Part shown: positions 20,561-33,240 of the stretch, piece by piece | How the letters are laid out: each line of letters opens with the position of its first letter | Position numbering within the stretch: position 1 is the stretch's first letter | Source: an uncultured Chloroflexia bacterium | GTDB lineage: Bacteria; Chloroflexota; Anaerolineae; JAAYZQ01 | NCBI GenBank assembly: GCA_963700285.1 | Contig: CAVOXA010000005.1 | Location: 192,001-256,000, forward strand | Length of the DNA: 64,000 nt | Direction of reading: 5' to 3' | Notes under the pieces: model-generated | Databases searched by the model: none | What the model saw: the letters and a program-made list of their open reading frames with translations, nothing else | What the model was told of the DNA's origin: nothing | Position numbers and translations under genes: made by a program

Positions 20561-21547
20561 CTACTCTCTGCTCATTACCTCCAGCACTGCGTCAATGATG
20601 TCCTGCTCTTTCGGCAGAGCCTCCAGCTCCAGCGGGCCGCTGTAGGGCAGGGGCACATCCTCAGTGGCGACCTGCATGATGGGTGCGTCCAGCCAGTCGA
20701 AGGCTTCTCGCTGCACCCGAGCGGCTACCTCCGCCGTGAAGCCGCCGGTCAGGTGCCCCTCGTTGACCACGACCAAGCGCCCGGTCTTTTGCACTGAGTG
20801 AATGATGGGCTCCATGCCCAGGGGCTTGAGCGTGCGGGGATCGATGACTTCGGCCTCGATCCCGTGGTTGGCCAGGTACTCTGCCGCATTCAGGGCAAAG
20901 AGCACCATGCGCGACGTGGCGACGATGGTCACATCTCGGCCGGCGCGCTTGACGTCGGCCACGCCGATAGGGATCAGGTACTCCTCGTCAGGCACGGGCC
21001 CGGTGCTGTTGTAGAGCAGCTTGTGTTCAAGAAAGACCACCGGATCGTCATTGCGGATGGCTGACTTGAGCAATCCCTTGGCGTCGTAGGGCGTGGCAGG
21101 CTGGATGACGATCAGGCCCGGGATGTGGACGTACCACATCTCCAGGGACTGGGAGTGCTGGGCGGCATTGCCGCGCCCACCTCCACCCTGGGCGCGTACG
21201 ACCATTGGTACCTGGGCCTTGCCCCCAAACATGTAGCGGGCTTTGGCCGCCTGGTTGACGATCTGGTCCATGGCCAGGGTGCTGAAATCGACGTAGAGGA
21301 TCTCGACGACGGGGCGCAGCCCGGTCATGGCCGCGCCCACGGCGATGCCGGTAAAGCCCGCCTCAGAGATGGGTGTGTCGCGTACCCGCTTCTCGCCGAA
21401 CCTGTCGTACAGGTCCTTGGTGACCTGGAACGGGCCCCCGTAGCGGCCAATGTCCTCCCCAAATACGCAGATGGAAGGATCGCGGGCCATTTCCTCGTGC
21501 AGAGCCTCGTTGAGGGCATCCACGTAGCGCAGTTCACGCATGGTCAT
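20561..21547 (-). CDS. Second E1 beta subunit (PdhB/AcoB-like)
   Basis: GEDIG, DTPISE, DQIVNQAAK, QHSQSLE. Confidence 0.93.
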   Translation of the reverse strand: MTMRELRYVDALNEALHEEMARDPSICVFGEDIGRYGGPFQVTKDLYDRFGEKRVRDTPISEAGFTGIAVGAAMTGLRPVVEILYVDFSTLAMDQIVNQAAKARYMFGGKAQVPMVVRAQGGGGRGNAAQHSQSLEMWYVHIPGLIVIQPATPYDAKGLLKSAIRNDDPVVFLEHKLLYNSTGPVPDEEYLIPIGVADVKRAGRDVTIVATSRMVLFALNAAEYLANHGIEAEVIDPRTLKPLGMEPIIHSVQKTGRLVVVNEGHLTGGFTAEVAARVQREAFDWLDAPIMQVATEDVPLPYSGPLELEALPKEQDIIDAVLEVMSRE

Positions 21548-22572
21548 GATGCCCCCTTGGTCCCCACGCTCTCTGCCCGCCAGGCATAGACATCCTCCCA
21601 GAGCGCCTCGGTCTCGGGCTCAGGGCTACTGGCAGCATACTGCACGGCGTCCTCGATGTCATCGCCGGCCTTTGTGCGGAGGGACTCGAGCTCATCGGCG
21701 GTGAAACCGGCCTCGTTCACCAGGCGCTGGCCAAAACGGCTGATGGGGTCGCGGTCCGGCGCCTGCCACGCTTCGGCCTCGCCCTTGGGGCGATAGGTGA
21801 GCGGGTCGCCGACGGTGTGGCCTTCGATGCGGTAGGTCTGGGCTACCAGCAGGCTGGGTCCCTCGCCACCGCGCGCCCGCTGGGCGGCTTCCCTGACGGC
21901 GTCATAGACCGCCAGCACGTCGTTGCCATCGACGGTGGCGCCAGGCAGGCCAAAGGCCTGGGCCCTGGTCTCGATCTGATCGACGGCGATGAAGGGCAGG
22001 CTGGGGCTGAACTCGGCGTACTTGTTCTCCTCGCAGAGGTAGATAACCGGCAGCTTCCACAGCGCGGCCATGTTGGCCACCTCCATCAAGAGCCCCTGGT
22101 TGCTGGCCCCATCGCCAAAGAAACAGACGGCGATCTGGCCAGAGCCGCGCAGATCGGCGGAAAAGGCCGCGCCGGTGGCGATGCCCATCCCACCGCCAAC
22201 GATACCGTTGGCGCCCAGGATGCCTAGGTCCAGGTCGGCGATGTGCATCGAGCCGCCTTTGCCCTTGCAGTAGCCCGTGGTGCGGCCCAGCAGCTCGGCC
22301 ATCATCCGCTTCGGATCGCCGCCCTTGGCCAGGCAGTGCCCGTGGCCGCGATGGGTGCTGGTGATATAATCATCTCGCTTGAGGGCGGCGCAGGCGCCCA
22401 CGGCGATGGCCTCCTCGCCGATGTAGGCGTGGGTGGTCCCCCGGATCATGTCCTGCCGGTAGAGGGCCATGGCATTCTGGTCAAAGTAGCGGATCAGCCA
22501 CATGCGATGGTACAGGCCTGCCAGCCTGTCCCGGCTGAGCCCAGACAAGGTACCAGCGGATTGTAGATTCAT
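21544..22572 (-). CDS. Second E1 alpha subunit (PdhA/AcoA-like)
   Basis: [29 protein letters not shown]; ATG 22572 overlaps the SDR stop. Confidence 0.93.
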   Translation of the reverse strand: MNLQSAGTLSGLSRDRLAGLYHRMWLIRYFDQNAMALYRQDMIRGTTHAYIGEEAIAVGACAALKRDDYITSTHRGHGHCLAKGGDPKRMMAELLGRTTGYCKGKGGSMHIADLDLGILGANGIVGGGMGIATGAAFSADLRGSGQIAVCFFGDGASNQGLLMEVANMAALWKLPVIYLCEENKYAEFSPSLPFIAVDQIETRAQAFGLPGATVDGNDVLAVYDAVREAAQRARGGEGPSLLVAQTYRIEGHTVGDPLTYRPKGEAEAWQAPDRDPISRFGQRLVNEAGFTADELESLRTKAGDDIEDAVQYAASSPEPETEALWEDVYAWRAESVGTKGAS

Positions 22573-23315
22573 CGGTAGTAGAGCCCGCCGTTGATGTCGA
22601 GGGTGGCCCCGGTGACAAAGGCCGCCCCGTCGGAGACCAGGTAGCGGACTGCCGCAGCGACCTCCTCCGGTTGCCCATACCGCCCCAGGTCGATGGCTTG
22701 GATGAGTTCGGCCTGGATCTCTTCTGACCAGCCCACTGTCATGTCGCTGGCGATGGTGCCGGGCGCCACACAATTCACGGTCACCCCGTCGGCGGCCAGC
22801 ATCTGGGCCAGCGACTTGCTGAGGCCGATCAGGCCCGCCTTGGAAGCGGAATAGTGGACCCCAACGGTGACCCCTCCCGACTGGCCGGCTACGGAGGCCA
22901 TGTTCACGATCCGGCCCCCCTGGACGCTCTGGCGCAGATAGGGCAGGGCAGCCTGGCAGCAGAAAAAAGCCCCTCTCAGGTTGATGTCGAGCATGCGGTC
23001 CCACTCGTCCTCTGTGATGTCGGCGATCCCCGTCAGAGCACAGATCCCAGCGTTGTTGACCAGGATATCCAGACCCCCGAAATGCTCGACCGTCAACTCC
23101 ACGGCACGCTGTACGTCCTCCAAACGCCTGACGTCGGCCGTTACGGCCAGGGCTTGGTCGCCGATGGAGCGGGCTGCTGCTTGCAGGACTGCGGGGTCTA
23201 TGTCTATCAGGGCTACCCCGGCCCCATCGGTGGCCAACGCCTCGGCGATAGCCAGGCCAATGCCTCTGCCGGCGCCCGTGATGAATGCAGTCCGTCCTGC
23301 CAATTCATGGTTCAA
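22569..23315 (-). CDS. SDR family oxidoreductase (FabG-like)
   Basis: TGAGRGIG, NNAG, YSASK; TTG start with GGAGG RBS. Confidence 0.9.
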   Translation of the reverse strand: MNHELAGRTAFITGAGRGIGLAIAEALATDGAGVALIDIDPAVLQAAARSIGDQALAVTADVRRLEDVQRAVELTVEHFGGLDILVNNAGICALTGIADITEDEWDRMLDINLRGAFFCCQAALPYLRQSVQGGRIVNMASVAGQSGGVTVGVHYSASKAGLIGLSKSLAQMLAADGVTVNCVAPGTIASDMTVGWSEEIQAELIQAIDLGRYGQPEEVAAAVRYLVSDGAAFVTGATLDINGGLYYR

Positions 23316-23335
23316 CGTATCCTCCCCGTCATTCC

Positions 23336-23707
23336 CTACGCCTTGCCGGGATCGTAGGCACCCGGGACTACGGGCGGCGAAAACAGGGTCACAACCCTCA
23401 GGGTCTGCTCGCCATCGGCGCGGATCTGGTGGGGCAGGCCCGGCGGGATAAAGACGGCCGCGCCGGGGATCATGGCCACCTCCTGGTCGCCGGCGATGAT
23501 GGCGCCCTCGCCAGAGATGACGTACAGGATCTCTTCCTGGGTGTCGTGGGTGTGGGGCGAGGCCAGCGTGCCGCCGGGAAAGTCGGCCAGGCCAAAGGTC
23601 AGGTTTTGGGTCTGGCAGTTCTGCGGCCCCAGCATATAGAACCAGTCGCGGCCAGGAAGATTGTATACAGTACAATTGTCAATGTGAGCGGATTCCAGTT
23701 TCGGCAT
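23336..23707 (-). CDS. Cupin domain protein
   Basis: HTH...EEILYVISG and IPPGLPH motifs. Confidence 0.88.
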   Translation of the reverse strand: MPKLESAHIDNCTVYNLPGRDWFYMLGPQNCQTQNLTFGLADFPGGTLASPHTHDTQEEILYVISGEGAIIAGDQEVAMIPGAAVFIPPGLPHQIRADGEQTLRVVTLFSPPVVPGAYDPGKA

Positions 23708-23772
23708 TCTAACCCTCAAAAAACGTATTGTGCTGGGCAAAGGTGCCCTTCAGTGTCGGCAAACCTGCCAGG

Positions 23773-24456
23773 TCAGGCCCAGCTTTGTACCAGGGCCCGT
23801 ACCTCTTTGTCTGCACCGCCGGCGAGAGGTACGCCGTGACCGGGACAGAGCAGATCAAAATCCAGCTCGGCCATGCGGCGCACAGAGTCCAGCGCCTGGT
23901 CCATATCCAGGGTGAATGCCTTCGGCGGCGGCCCCAGCTTGCCTCGACGATGGTCGATGGCGTCGCCGCAGATGAGCACGCCCTCCGAGGGCAGGTGCAG
24001 GGCGGTGGACCCCGGCGTGTGACCGGGCACGTGGACGACCGTAGCGCCGCCCAGCAGATCCAGGTGATCGCCATCCTGGACCACAATATCCACTGGCGCA
24101 GCCTCGGCCCGGGGCATCAGTGGCAGCCGCTCTAGCAGGCGCATCAGCGCGCCCGGTGGTGAAGGCTGGGTTTCTTCCCCAGAGATGAAGGGTGCTTCGG
24201 CGTGGTGGGCGATTACCTGAGCTGGTGTGTGCTGCCTGAGATCGGCCAGGCTGCCCACGTGGTCCAGGTGGTTGTGGGTGATCACAATGCGGGCCAGGTC
24301 CTCCGCAGACAGGCCCAAACTCTCGATATAGCCCAGAATCAAATCGCATTGGCCTGGCATGCCTGCATCGACCAGGGTCAATTCGCGGTCTAGCAGCAGA
24401 TAGACATTGGCCCCTCGGATACCGGGAATCTGGTGTACATTCGGGATGATCTCCAT
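23773..24456 (-). CDS. MBL-fold metallo-hydrolase
   Basis: DAG, THNHLDHVG, PGHTPG, GD, PGHG. Confidence 0.9.
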   Translation of the reverse strand: MEIIPNVHQIPGIRGANVYLLLDRELTLVDAGMPGQCDLILGYIESLGLSAEDLARIVITHNHLDHVGSLADLRQHTPAQVIAHHAEAPFISGEETQPSPPGALMRLLERLPLMPRAEAAPVDIVVQDGDHLDLLGGATVVHVPGHTPGSTALHLPSEGVLICGDAIDHRRGKLGPPPKAFTLDMDQALDSVRRMAELDFDLLCPGHGVPLAGGADKEVRALVQSWA

Positions 24457-24470
24457 AACCAGCCTACCTA

Positions 24471-25257
24471 TCAATCGCCGACGATCACGCCGTCGGGATA
24501 CTTTTTCAGCAACAACGGGTCGTGCGGCGGCACAAAGATGTCGGCGTAGCGCGGACGCGCTCCATGGCCTCGTAGCACTCGACGATGTCCACGGCCAGGC
24601 CGATGGGGTGGTTCTTTTCCAGGTTCTCGTAGTAGAAGATGGTGTCGCCGGGAAAGACGGCCAGGCCCTCTTTGGTCTGGACGGTGAAGGCCTGGCTGCA
24701 CATGGTGTGGCCGCCGACGTAGAAGGCGCCGATGCCGGGCATGATCTCGGACGCCTCATCATCCACCAGGATCAGCCGGTCGCGGGCCTCGCTGGCAAAG
24801 TAGGCCAGCACGTCGCGCGGGAAGAGGATGTCGGGCGTCAGGGCTGGGTGGGGCGGGTCGAGCGTCAGGTGCCAGCCGGTGCGCGACACGACGAACTTGG
24901 CGTTGGGAAAGAGCTTGGCGTTGGAGCAGTGATCGTAGTGAAGATGAGTGATAAGGACAGTGTTCTACGTCAGCCGGGTCGATGCCCTCTTGTCGCAGGA
25001 GCAAGGGAATATTCTGCGTCTCCATGTCCATGCGGAAGCGTCCCCGGTCGCCCTACGCCGGCCACGACCAGCGGCTGGATCTCGTCGACGTCGCGCACGC
25101 CGGTGTCGACCAGGATCACCTTGCCGTCGTCGCGGCGCAGGACGAACAGAAAAAAATCGGCGGTCATCCACTCACCCCAGCGCGACATGAAAAACATCTG
25201 CGGGCCGGGCACGGACTGTTCGCAGTACTTGATCGCCTTGATGCTGTAGGTTGCCAT
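24471..25257 (-). CDS. AHL-lactonase-like MBL-fold hydrolase, frameshifted
   Basis: LVDTG, THLHYDH (across frames), GGHT, PGD, VPPHDP. Confidence 0.8.
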
Positions 25258-25332
25258 CTTGCCTCCTGCTGCGTGGCGTGTTGCGTGTTTCGTGTTCTGC
25301 ACCAACACGAACACGCAATATGCAACACGTGC

Positions 25333-26094
25333 CTACTGCAGATTCACCGACGTGCCGCCGTCCACGACCAGCATCGACCCCGTGCACCAGGCCGAGTCGT
25401 CGCTGGCGAAAAAGAGTACCGGCCCGGCAATGTCCTCGGGTTGGCCCAGGCCGCCAATCGGACCTCGTTTCAGCCAGTAGTCACGGACCTCCGGGTCGGA
25501 CAGGGCCTCGCGGTTGATGTCGGTCTCGACGGTGCCGGGCAGGACGGCGTTGCAGGTGATGCCATGCGGTCCCAGCGAGATGGCCATCGATTTGACCAGG
25601 AGATTGATGCCGGCCTTGGATGCGCAGTAGTGGGCCTGTTGGCTGCCGCCAAACTCGGCCGAGATGGAGCTGACGGCGATGATGCGCCCCTTGATGCCCT
25701 TGCTCGACCATCACCCGCGCCACGGCCTGGGAGCAGAGAAAGTAGCCCTTCAGATTGACATCCAGCACCTGGTCCCACAGCGCTTCGCTCATCTCCAAAA
25801 AGTCTTCGAAAGGGGCAGATGGCGGCGTTGTTGACCAGGATGTCGATGCGGCCCCAGCGCTCCACCACCGCATCCACCATGGTCTGCACCTGGCGCTGTC
25901 GGAGACGTCGGTGGGCACAAACGATGGCCTGGCCCCCGGCTGCGCTCGATGAGGCGCACCGTCTCGCGGCCCATCTCTTCGTCCCGGCCGACGACGGCGA
26001 CGCGAGCGCCCTCTTGGCCAAAGCGTACGGCGATGGCCCGGCCGATGCCGCGCGTCGCCCCGGTGACGATGGCTACCTTGTCTTTCAGGCGCAT
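25333..26094 (-). CDS. SDR resembling L-rhamnose 1-dehydrogenase (LRA1 type), frameshifted
   Basis: NNAAICPF, SSISA..GG.QQAHY, LGPHGI.CNAVLPGT..TDIN, C-terminal VDGG..VNLQ. Confidence 0.75.
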
Positions 26095-26187
26095 GGTCGC
26101 TCCTCGATCTTGCATGGTTGGTGAGACGACTGTGGTGATGGTCAGGTACAAGCTTCCGCGCTCGTACCCTGAACCTTGGTGTCTGAT

Positions 26188-26242
26188 AACCAGACCTGAC
26201 AGGTCGCGAACCCTCGGTTCGTGGCAGACCTGTCAGGTCGGT
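26188..26242. repeat. REP-like palindrome AGACCTGACAGGT...ACCTGTCAGGTC with nested mini-hairpin
   Basis: Inverted arms directly after the binding-protein stop. Confidence 0.7.
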
Positions 26243-26246
26243 CGGG

Positions 26247-29200
26247 CTACTTGGGCCGCTGCTTCGACGTTGTCCGCGTCGTAGACGGTAAACGGTCCCA
26301 TCAGGACGCGCAGACCCACGTCGCGGGTGGGGTCCTTCTCGATGGTGTAGGTGCCCATGCGGCCGGCCTCAAAGCGCTCGCCGACCGCTGCCTTCGATGG
26401 CGCCCGTCGCCAGCAGGTAGGTGACATAGTAGGTCAGGTAGCCGAGGTCGACAAAGCTCCACAGGGCGAACTCGGGCGCACAGCCGTTGAGGGTGTAGGA
26501 CACCATCTCGGCCGGCAGGCCCAGACCGCTGACCTTGACCGTGTCGCACAGGCCCTCGTCCTGCATGGCCTTGGCCGCGGCGGCGATGCCGACCGTGGTC
26601 GGGGCCATGATCAGTTCCATGTCGGGGTACTTGTCGACGAGGGCCAGGGCCTGGTTGTAGCTGTCCTCTGACTGGTCGTTGCCATAGACGATGTCCAGCA
26701 GTTCCAGGTTGGCGTAGGTCGGCATCGGTCTGCCAGGACCTCTTCCAGGGCGGCGATCCAGGCGTTCTGGTTGGCGGCGTCGGGCGACGCGGAGAGCACG
26801 GCGAACTTGCCGCCGTCGTCGCCGAGGATGCTCAGGGCCATGTCGGCCATGACCGTGCCGGTCTCGTCAAAGTCCACCTGGGCGACAAAGACCTGCTCGC
26901 CTTCGGCCGAGGGGATGGGCGAGTCCCAGGTGACGACGGTCATGCCCGCGTCGCGGGCTGCCTGGGCGGCGGGCGCGATCTGGTCTCCGGCGTTGTTGGA
27001 GATCATGATGGCGTCCATGGCCCTGGGTGGCGGCGGTGGTGACGATTTCGATCTGGCCGGCGACGCTGTTCTCCGGCGTGGGCCCCAGGAACTGCAGCTC
27101 GCCGGTGTTCTCCAGCTCGGCGTGGGCTTCCTTGGCGCCGTTGTTGGCCTGGTCAAAGACCAGGATGCCCAGGAACTTGGGCAGCAGCACCATGTTCAGC
27201 TTCCTGTCCCGGCTCAGCCACGACCGGCGCGCCCTCTGCCTCAGCTCCTGCGGTCCGGCCTCGGCCTCGACGTTGTCTTGCGTCGTAGACCTTGAAGGGT
27301 CCCATCAGGACGCGCAGACCGGCGTCGCGGGTGGGGTCCTTCTCGATGGTGTAGGTGCCCATGCGACCGGCCTCAAAGCGCTCGCCGACCGCTGCCTTCG
27401 ATGGCGCCGGTGGCCAGCAGGTAGCTGACATAGTAGGTCAGGTAGCCGAGGTCGACAAAGCTCCACAGGGCGAACTCGGCGCACAGCCGTTGAGGGTGTA
27501 GGAGACCATCTCGGCGGGCAGGCCCAGACCGCTGACCTTGACCGTCGTCGCACAGAGCCCTCGTCCTGCATGGCCTTGGCCGCGGCGGCGATGCCGACGG
27601 TGGTGGGGGCCATGATCAGCTCCATGTCGGGGTACTTGTCGACCAGGGCCAGGGCCTGGTTGTAGCTGTCCTCCGACTGGTCGTTGCCGTAGACGATGTC
27701 CAGCAGCTCCAGGTTGGCGTAGGTGTCATCGGTCTCCAGGACCTCTTCCAGGGCGGCGATCCAGGCGTTCTGGTTGGCGGCATCGGGCGAGGCGGAGAGC
27801 ACGGCGAACTTGCCGCCGTCGTCGCCCAGGATGCTCAGGGCCATGTCGGCCATGACCGTGCCGGTCTCGTCAAAGTCCACCTGGGCGACAAAGACCTGCT
27901 CGCCTTCGGCCGAGGGGATGGGCGAGTCCCAGGTGACGACGGTCATGCCCGCGTCGCGGGCTGCCTGGGCGGCGGGCGCGATCTGGTCTCCGGCGTTGTT
28001 GGAGATCATGATGGCGTCCATGGCCCTGGGTGGCGGCGGTGGTGACGATTTCGATCTGGCCGGCCACGCTGTTCTCGGGCGTCGGCCCCAGGAACTGCAG
28101 CTCGCCGGGTTCCCCAGCTCGGCGTGGGCTTCCATGGCGCCGTCGTTGGCCTGGTCAAAGACCAGGATGCCCAGGAACTTGGGCAGGAGCACCATGTTGA
28201 CTTCTTGGCCCGGCCTCGGCCATCACCGGCGCCTTCGCCGGCCTCAGCCTGCGGTCCAGCCTCGGCCTCGACGTTGTCCTCGTCATAGACCTTGAAGGGT
28301 CCCATCAGGACGCGCAGACCGGCGTCGCGGGTGGGGTCCTTCTCGATGGTGTAGGTGCCCATGCGGCCGGCGTTGAAAGCTCTCGCCTTCCTCGCCTTCG
28401 ATGGCGCCGGTGGCCAGCAGGTAGCTGACATAGTAGGTCAGGTAGCCGAGGTCGACAAAGCTCCACAGGGCGAACTCGGGCGCGCAGCCGTTGAGGGTGT
28501 AGGATACCATCTCGGCCGGCAGGCCCAGACCGCTGACCTTGACCGTGTCGCACAGCCCCTCGTCCTGCATGGCCTTGGCCGCGGCGGCGATGCCGACGGT
28601 GGTGGGGGCCATGATCAGTTCCATGTCGGGGTACTTGTCGACCAGGGCCAGGGCCTGGTTGTAGCTGTCCTCCGACTGGTCGTTGCCATAGACGATGTCC
28701 AGCAGCTCCAGGCTGGCGTACTTGTCGTCGGTCTCCAGGACCTCTTCCAGGGCGGCGATCCAGGCGTTCTGGTTGGCGGCATCGGGCGAGGCGGAGAGGA
28801 CGGCGAACTTGCCGCCGTCGTCGCCCAGGATGCTCAGGGCCATGTCGGCCATGACCGTGCCGGTCTCGTCAAAGTCCACCTGGGCGACAAAGACCTGCTC
28901 GCCCTCGGCCGAGGGGATGGGCGAGTCCCAGGTGACGACGGTCATGCCGGCGTCGCGGGCAGCCTGGGCGGCGGGCGCGATCTGGTCTCCGGCGTTGTTG
29001 GAGATCATGATGGCGTCCATGCCCTGGGTGGCGGCGGTGGTGACGATCTCGATCTGGCCGGCCACGCTGTTCTCCGGCGTGGGCCCCAGGAACTGCAGTT
29101 CGCCTGCGTTCCCCAGCTCGGCGTGGGCTTCCATGGCGCCGTCGTTGGCCTGGTCAAAGACCAGGATGCCCAGGAACTTGGGCAGCAGCACCATATTGAC

Positions 29201-29415
29201 CGTCTCGCCTGGGGTGGCATCTACCGGCCCGCCTTCGGGCTTTGACTCCGGGGCTTCGGTCGGCTTCCTCAGCCGGGGCCTTGGTTGGTTCGGCTGCGGC
29301 TGGTTCCGCAGTCGGTTCGGGCGCTGTCGTTGGCGCAGGCGTGGGCCCACAGGCAGCCATCACCATGGCCACAACCACGAGCAGCGTGATGATACGCCAA
29401 GTCTTGTGTCTTCAT
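26247..29415 (-). CDS. Rhamnose-type ABC substrate-binding lipoprotein with three tandem binding domains (frameshifted)
   Basis: Signal/lipobox MAAC, PT/A linker, three copies starting MVLLPKFLG at 29194, 28195, 27193. Confidence 0.8.
26250..29194 (-). repeat. Three ~1.0-kb tandem direct repeats of the SBP domain
   Basis: Near-identical blocks with period 999-1002 nt and copy-specific substitutions. Confidence 0.95.
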
Positions 29416-29559
29416 CCTTCTTACCTCCTCTTTCTTGTCTAGGACTATTTTCGGTCGAGCAAACAGATTCACTTCTTGTACGCGTACAGGTTTCCTGATG
29501 GCGCCTCCTTTCTTCATAGTTCCAAGCCAGCGCGTCCAACGCGAGAGCGCGCTCGCACC

Positions 29560-30592
29560 AAGGTTAGGTCTCTGGGCAGCCGCCTCCTGCGGCTGCGCCA
29601 TGTGTCGGCGGCGGTTCAGTGCCTCCCGGGCAGTGCCGACAAGGTTGGGGACCAGCACCGAGAGGATCAGCAGAACGCCGATGACGCCGGTCTGGATGTG
29701 GCCGGTGAGGTTGGCCAGCGACATGCCGTTGCGCAGGTTGAGGACGATCAGGATGGACAGCAGCACGCCACAGATCGAGCCGGAGCCGCCGAAGATGCTG
29801 ACGCCACCCAGCAGCACCATGGTGATGATGTCCAGCTCAAAGCCCAGTGGCCAGGTCGCCGCGGACGGCGCCCAGCCGGGCGGCAAAGAGCAGGCCGGCC
29901 AGGGCCGCGACGGTGCCCGAGGCGATGAACAGGATCATCTTGACCCGGCGCACCTTGACGCCCGAATAGCGGGCAACATCCGTGCTGTTGCCGATGACAT
30001 AGACGTAGCGGCCAAAACCGGAGTATTGCAGGATCACGACGGCGACGATGACAAAGCACGAAAAAGAGGATCATGGCCAGCGGGAAGGGACCGATGAGCG
30101 GCTGCTGGCCCAGGGCATCGAACCAGTCCGGGAAATCGCCGATGGAGCGGTCTTCCAGCAGGACGCGGGCCAGACCGCGGTACATGATCAGCGTCGCCAG
30201 GGTCACCACCAGGGAGGGCAGGCCGACGACGGCGATCCAGAAGCCGTTGAAGGCGCCGCCCAGCACGCCGATCGGCCAGGCTCAGCAGAAGGCCCGTCTG
30301 AATCGGCACGCCCTGCTCGTGAAACCAGCCCAGCGCGCAGGCCGACAAGGCCCATCATCGAGGCCACCGACAGGTCGATCTCGGCGTTGATGATGATAAA
30401 GGTCATGACCAGGGCGACGATGATCTTCTCAATGGACAGCTGGAACAGATTGATCTGGTTGCCGATGCTGAGATAGGCGGGCGCCTGGACGCTGTTGATG
30501 GCGATGATGATCAGCAAAAGGACGAGCAGAAAGCCTTCCCAGCTCTTGAGCCGCTCCCAGAGTCCAGACAGGAATCCTTGATTAGGCGACAT
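29560..30592 (-). CDS. Sugar ABC permease (RhaQ-like), frameshifted; 3' end approximate
   Basis: [35 protein letters not shown]. Confidence 0.88.
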
Positions 30593-31639
30593 GGCTGCCT
30601 CCTTCCGGAGTCTCGAGTTCACTGCCGTCTGATTCATCTGCAGCTCGCTGCGCCGCGCCCAGAGGTTGCGCAACCGGTTCATGATCACCGTGTCGGCGGC
30701 GACGGCCAGCAGGATCAGCAGGCCCAGCAGGGCGTCGCGCCAGAATTCGCTGATCTCCAGCCAGCGGATCAGGCTGTTGTCCAGCAGGTCGATCAGGATA
30801 GCGCCCAGCAGGGCGCCGACGGCTGTGCCGATCCCGCCAGCATTGCTGACGCCACCGACCACGACGGCGGCCACCGATGCCAGTTCGATGCCCAGCCCGG
30901 CCACTACGGTGATGTTGCCAAAGCGGGCCAGGAACATGAACCCGGCCAGCCCGGCCAGCGCGCCGCAGAGCACAAAGGCGAGGAAGACGATGCGCTGCGA
31001 GGGAAAACCGGCGATTGCGGGCGGCATCCGGGTTGGAGCCGATGGCGTACAGCCGCCGCCCATAGGGCAGGTACTTGAGCATCAGTTGGAACAGCGATCA
31101 CGACGACGATCATCACGCCGACCATGAGCCGCAGATCCAGTTCGCCGATGCTAAAGATGTTGGCCCGGGGCAGGTTCGAGCAGCCACTCGGGCAGGTTGG
31201 AGGTCAGAACGGTCTGGGCATCCGAAAACTCGACCAGGAGCGTGCGGTAGATGGCCAGCGTGCCCAGGGTGACGATGATCGATGGGACCCGGCCATAGGC
31301 CACCAGCAGGCCATTGACCGCGCCCATGAGCGCGCCGATGCCGATGGCCATCAGCACCGCCAGCACCGGGCGCCATGTCGTTGTTGCCGGCCAGTTGCTG
31401 GCCCACAAAGTAGGCGGTAAAGCCGACGATGGAGCCGACGGATAGGTCGATGTTGCGGGTCAGAAAGACCAGCGTCTGGCCCACGGCCACGACGGCGATG
31501 ATGGCCACGCTGGTGGAAATGCGGTTGAAGAAGCGGGGGTTGAAATAGTTGTCGATCTGCGTGCCAAAGAAGAGCAGCACGAGGACGATGAGCAGCAGGG
31601 TGACCAACTCCCGGATCTGTTCGGGCTGAAAGCGGCGTC

Positions 31640-31652
<13 letters not shown>
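30582..31652 (-). CDS. Sugar ABC permease (RhaP-like), frameshifted
   Basis: [37 protein letters not shown]. Confidence 0.88.
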
Positions 31653-33182
<1,530 letters not shown>

Positions 33183-33240
33183 CTATCCTGCCTCTGTCAT
33201 CGCTGGTGGTACAAGCAAACGAGAAACTCCAGGCTGCTGG

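Noticed and set aside
26250-29194. CRISPR array or non-coding tandem repeat
   Set aside because: Units are ~1 kb protein-coding domains; no short repeat-spacer pattern or cas gene was seen anywhere in the window.
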